DNA from: Nitrospirales bacterium
GTDB taxonomy: Bacteria > Nitrospirota > Nitrospiria > Nitrospirales > UBA8639
DNA length: 64,000 nucleotides
Direction of reading: 5' to 3'
Assembly (NCBI GenBank): GCA_031315915.1
Contig: JALDRK010000020.1
Location: 211-64,210 of the forward strand
Below the pieces are notes generated by a model. It searched no databases. It saw only the letters and a program-made list of their open reading frames with translations, and was not told the origin of the DNA. Shown piece after piece: positions 60,644-64,000 of the stretch. Within the stretch, counting starts at the first letter, position 1. Each line of letters starts with the position of its first letter. Position numbers and translations under genes: made by a program.

Positions 60644-62707
60644 TCAGTTGGGACCCGGCGGTAGATTTCCCATTGGTGAAGAAACAGCCCGAAAGAGAAG
60701 CTGTTCGTTGGCAACCCATTGGTTGTCCTGTTTGTACCAAAACCGGACGTAAAGGGGTATCCCGTTCGTCGGCAATTGGTGGACCACCACCCTGTCCTGA
60801 GAGGCTGGAACGGTCGCATTGAAAATATTTTTAGTAAGCGGATCATTCGGTTGCCCCAGCCCGGTGCCGATTTGCAGGAAATATTCCTGCGCAGTGGGGA
60901 GGGTGCTCCAACTGAAAGTCTCCGTGGAGCCCGAAAGGATGCTCCCCGCAGGGGGAGCAATCAGCGTCGGTGTAAGGATGGGGCTTCTCTCAGGAGAAAT
61001 CCTGGCATTTAAAGAAGCAGCCTTAAATGAAACCGACTCGTTGATAATCCATTGGTCATCCTGTTTGTACCAAAACCGGACGTAGAGCGGCATGCCGTTC
61101 GTCGGCAGCTGGTGGACCGTCATACTTTGTTGGGTGGCCGGCACAGTAGCATTAAAAATATTTTTGGTAAGCGGATCATTCGGTTGCCCCAGCCCGGTGC
61201 CGATTTGCAGGAAATATTCCTGCGCAGTGGGTAGGGTGCTCCAACTGAAAGTTTCCGTGGAGCCCGAAAGGGTGCTCCCCGCAGGAGGAGCAATCAGTGT
61301 CGGCCGAATAATTTTAGGCGCACTAGATTGCTGAATGACACGTCCAAGTTTCTCCGGATTGATCAAGACTTTAGAGGATTCACCCCGGACGGTTCCATTA
61401 TTTTGAAATTCATAAGCTCCGATGTCTGGTGCTTTCCCCTTTGACTTTCCTTTGCCTTTATCATCAAAAGAGATTCCTGGGACAGAAATCCCTTTTTTGA
61501 TGGCAGGGCTGTTAGACTTGAGACGAAAATCCTTGGCTTCGGCATTTTCAAACAAGGGATCCGAGGTAAAATTTTGGGAGACTATCGTACCCGTTTGCTT
61601 CTGAAGTCCTATATTTCTGGCAGAGGAATTATTGGCATTCAAATAGGCAATGTTATTAGTGACCGTTGTATTTTTGGCCTTATCGCCCACAAAAATCCCA
61701 TACACCCCATTTTTGTAGACGGTGTTATTTTCCACTCGTGAGCCCTCTGTTGTTTCGAAACCCACATAGATGCCGTAATACTCATTTTCATACGCGATGT
61801 TATTGAATAATTGGGCGTTTGTCACCCTGGCCTGAATGCAAAACCCCGCGAAATTTCCATAGGCAATATTATCATACGCCATATTGCCTTCTCCGGAGCT
61901 TAAAATGAGCCCACAGGACCATTGCCTACTTTGACTATTATCATGGAACACGTTATTTCTCGCAATATTATGATTGGCAACGCCCGAGAGACTGGCCTGG
62001 AAAAATTTTCCCCCATTGCCCATGTTATGATGAAATCTTCCATCCTCAACCAAATTGCGACTCGTTTGGATGTAAAATCCATGGTCTTTAATACTGCTGC
62101 CATTGTGATGAACATGCAGGTTAATAAATTCATGATAAGTGTCGGGGGAGGGGCCGCTATAGTCGGATGGAACGGTCACCAATATCGCGGAGTGTTTGGC
62201 GTTCTTAATTTCCGTGTTTTGTACGCGGATATGGGTAGGTCCACTCTGGAATTTGAAGCCATGTAAGGCCTGCATTTGGCCATCAACGATAAAGCCATCG
62301 ATAACGAGATATTTGGCTTGTGGGTCTCTGATCCAAAAAAACGCCTTCCCAGGCCCTGGCAAGATGGTAACAGAGTCCCCAGGGTAAGCAGCGATGGTGA
62401 TGGGTTGCTCCCAGCTTTTCCCATTGGGAATCTTCGTCTCCCAACTTAAGATGGATTCCGCATAGGTACCCGAGTGGACCAAAAGCGTATCGCCAGGAGA
62501 AAGGCATCTTAAGCTTTCCCCAATGCTTTGTCTGGGTGTTTTTGGATTTGTCCCTTTTTGACAAAATATTGCATCTTGCCCGTTTTCCGCCACATGGTAT
62601 ACGGAAGCTTGAGTAGGAAGCACCACCACTGAGGTCACAATCAGGGCAGCAAAAACCCCAAATAAGATTATCCCTACATCATTCTGAAAATGCTGATGAA
62701 GTGTCAT
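60644..62707 (-). CDS. membrane-anchored right-handed beta-helix (pectate-lyase-fold/DUF1565-like) protein with two tandem C-terminal ~111-aa domains
   Basis: N-terminal TM segment, YHVAENGQD...GDTLLVHSGTY start, and repeated N/G-rich beta-helix rungs (NNIAYxN, HDN). The C-terminal domains are duplicated. Confidence 0.75.
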   Translation of the reverse strand: MTLHQHFQNDVGIILFGVFAALIVTSVVVLPTQASVYHVAENGQDAIFCQKGTNPKTPRQSIGESLRCLSPGDTLLVHSGTYAESILSWETKIPNGKSWEQPITIAAYPGDSVTILPGPGKAFFWIRDPQAKYLVIDGFIVDGQMQALHGFKFQSGPTHIRVQNTEIKNAKHSAILVTVPSDYSGPSPDTYHEFINLHVHHNGSSIKDHGFYIQTSRNLVEDGRFHHNMGNGGKFFQASLSGVANHNIARNNVFHDNSQSRQWSCGLILSSGEGNMAYDNIAYGNFAGFCIQARVTNAQLFNNIAYENEYYGIYVGFETTEGSRVENNTVYKNGVYGIFVGDKAKNTTVTNNIAYLNANNSSARNIGLQKQTGTIVSQNFTSDPLFENAEAKDFRLKSNSPAIKKGISVPGISFDDKGKGKSKGKAPDIGAYEFQNNGTVRGESSKVLINPEKLGRVIQQSSAPKIIRPTLIAPPAGSTLSGSTETFSWSTLPTAQEYFLQIGTGLGQPNDPLTKNIFNATVPATQQSMTVHQLPTNGMPLYVRFWYKQDDQWIINESVSFKAASLNARISPERSPILTPTLIAPPAGSILSGSTETFSWSTLPTAQEYFLQIGTGLGQPNDPLTKNIFNATVPASQDRVVVHQLPTNGIPLYVRFWYKQDNQWVANEQLLFRAVSSPMGNLPPGPN
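60647..61303. repeat. 333-bp tandem duplication inside the beta-helix gene
   Basis: Units 61303..60971 and 60970..60647. Long near-identical DNA stretches occur at a 333-nt offset (for example 60841 onward versus 61174 onward). Confidence 0.85.
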
Positions 62708-63266
62708 ACCATTAAAAGTCTGGAGATAGAATTTCCCTGCCCATTAAAAATTCTCCTCTTTATGAAAATACTCTCCCTAAAAACTTAACAAAATTATGGA
62801 CCCTCTACCAAATAATTTCTAATCCTGAGAATTCACTTTTAACAATTTCCTGCCATTTTCCCTGAGCCTTTCATACAGAACGTGCATACAAGGACTTTTT
62901 ATTGACGAGCAGTGAGTCGAAGTGCCTAACCATTAAGTTCATTTTTCTTCCAGTATGCTAATGCTTTGGAAGAATGGGAATTGGCACATTTTTAACCCTA
63001 AGCCTTTGAAAAAATTGACTGAATTAAATTGCATCCCCTTTTTTCATATATGCGCTATCCCTCTCTTCCATAAATCAATTAGACCTCCTGCCGGTTAATC
63101 CGAGAGTTTAGGACACGTCTAAAAACATGAGGATTGGCCCGACCCCACCAGGAAGGATGGGAAGTCCCCTTTGAAACCGAGCCCTGGAGAGTTGGGAAGC
63201 GGCGGAGAAATTTTCGTTTTGTGTTAGCCTCATGGTCTTCCCCCCTGGACCTCCGGATTACGCGAC

Positions 63267-64000
63267 TTACCGGCGCGTGGGCAATGTGAGCCGGAGAACC
63301 CGGTGAAAATTATAGGCGAGGTTCTGGAGCCCAAGTTTCGCCCGAGCCCGGACCAGTCCGACTGTGCGAAGGAATTTGCCGCCCGTGACCATGACGTGAT
63401 GGCCAAAGACATGTTCGACGCGCGCACAAATACAAGCCCGACGCTGATAGCTCGTTCTCTGCGGAGGTATGAGGGAGATATTTCGGGATCCTTTGTACTG
63501 AATCCGGGAGCGCAACTGTCGCCGCTTCCGTTGGGCGTCGATGGACTGCGAACGATAAGCCGCATCCACCCAGACGTCACGGCCAGCGGAGTGGGGACGT
63601 AACACCCTATTGAGGACTTGACTGTCATGTCTCGCCGCACCCATGACCATATAGCGTCAAATGAGTTTAGAGGGGTTGCTTATCTTCACAGGGTTCTTGT
63701 TGTAGCCATAGTGACTCACGCCCTACTTCATGTTCACCGCGCCTGCGTCTCTTTCGGGTGCTGCTTGGCCAGCTGCACCTCCCCCCGGCAGGGCAAGTGC
63801 CCACTTGGATCGTGGTGTTTTCTTCCCGTATGTTGCGTTGGGTTGGCACCGGGACCAGCGAGGCACCAGTCACATAGCCGCCCCGGACTTGCCACCCGTG
63901 CTGCGCGAGCTACCGATCCAATTGTTGAAAGAATCTCTCGACAACTCGAGCTTGCGCTAAGGTCTTTTGAGACAACCAGATGGTCTTGACATCGGAAATC
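63267..64000 (-). mobile_element. IS5-family (DDE) transposase gene, frameshifted and truncated by the window edge
   Basis: The C-terminal part (ORF 63267..63650) contains VEHVFGH...GLVRARAKLGLQNLAYNFHR. Upstream pieces (LVPVPTQRNIREEN; SHYGYNKN) lie in other frames. Confidence 0.7.

Noticed and set aside
1-64000. CRISPR arrays, rRNA genes and riboswitch-like leaders.
   Set aside because: No regularly spaced short repeats were seen. No 16S/23S/5S-like conserved stretches were seen, and no recognisable riboswitch cores lie upstream of glyA, nrdR or the transporter operon by eye. A covariance-model scan would be needed to exclude small RNAs.

Overview
This is a 64-kb mid-GC bacterial chromosomal window. 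Lgt, several lipobox proteins and sigma-54 regulation point to a diderm-type organism; I cannot name the taxon from sequence alone.

Gene content in order:
- Parvulin PPIase.
- A PEP mutase fused to a nucleotidyltransferase, which is phosphonate chemistry with no partner genes nearby.
- A TPR-like secreted protein and a DUF1015 protein.
- A compact three-gene peptide-modification locus: a 62-aa peptide with a lasso-type leader motif, an intrinsic terminator, an HprK-like kinase and a PqqD-like RRE.
- ElbB, a GT1 glycosyltransferase, a cyclophilin and an SPFH protein.
- A frameshifted Memo-like gene, a TPP-dependent 2-keto-acid decarboxylase and a frameshifted DUF3800 gene.
- A five-gene Opp/Dpp-type peptide ABC importer whose first ATPase gene is broken.
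- A hybrid histidine kinase, a Rieske protein and ApbC.
- A sigma-54 activator followed by a candidate -24/-12 promoter driving a small Zn-ribbon gene.
- Lgt and AddAB, then Pcm.
- A visibly GC-richer orphan secreted protein.
- A NarL-type response regulator next to a multiply frameshifted kinase.
- NrdR, GlyA and L9.
- A degenerate SF1-helicase-like protein.
- tRNA-Leu(CAG) carrying a ~9-kb integrase-bearing island bounded by 70-nt direct repeats. Its cargo is RHH proteins, an AlpA-like protein, orphan genes, a DUF4236-TPR-J-domain protein and hicAB.
- A beta-helix protein with a 333-bp tandem duplication.
- A decayed IS5-family transposase at the window edge.

No rRNA genes or CRISPR arrays were seen.

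The most interesting signal is the orphan lasso-leader peptide / RRE / kinase locus at 8.9-10.7 kb, which has no lasso protease or cyclase.

Several genes carry multiple frameshifts, most of those I could localise lying in short homopolymer runs, while very long neighbouring genes are intact. This needs read-level verification.
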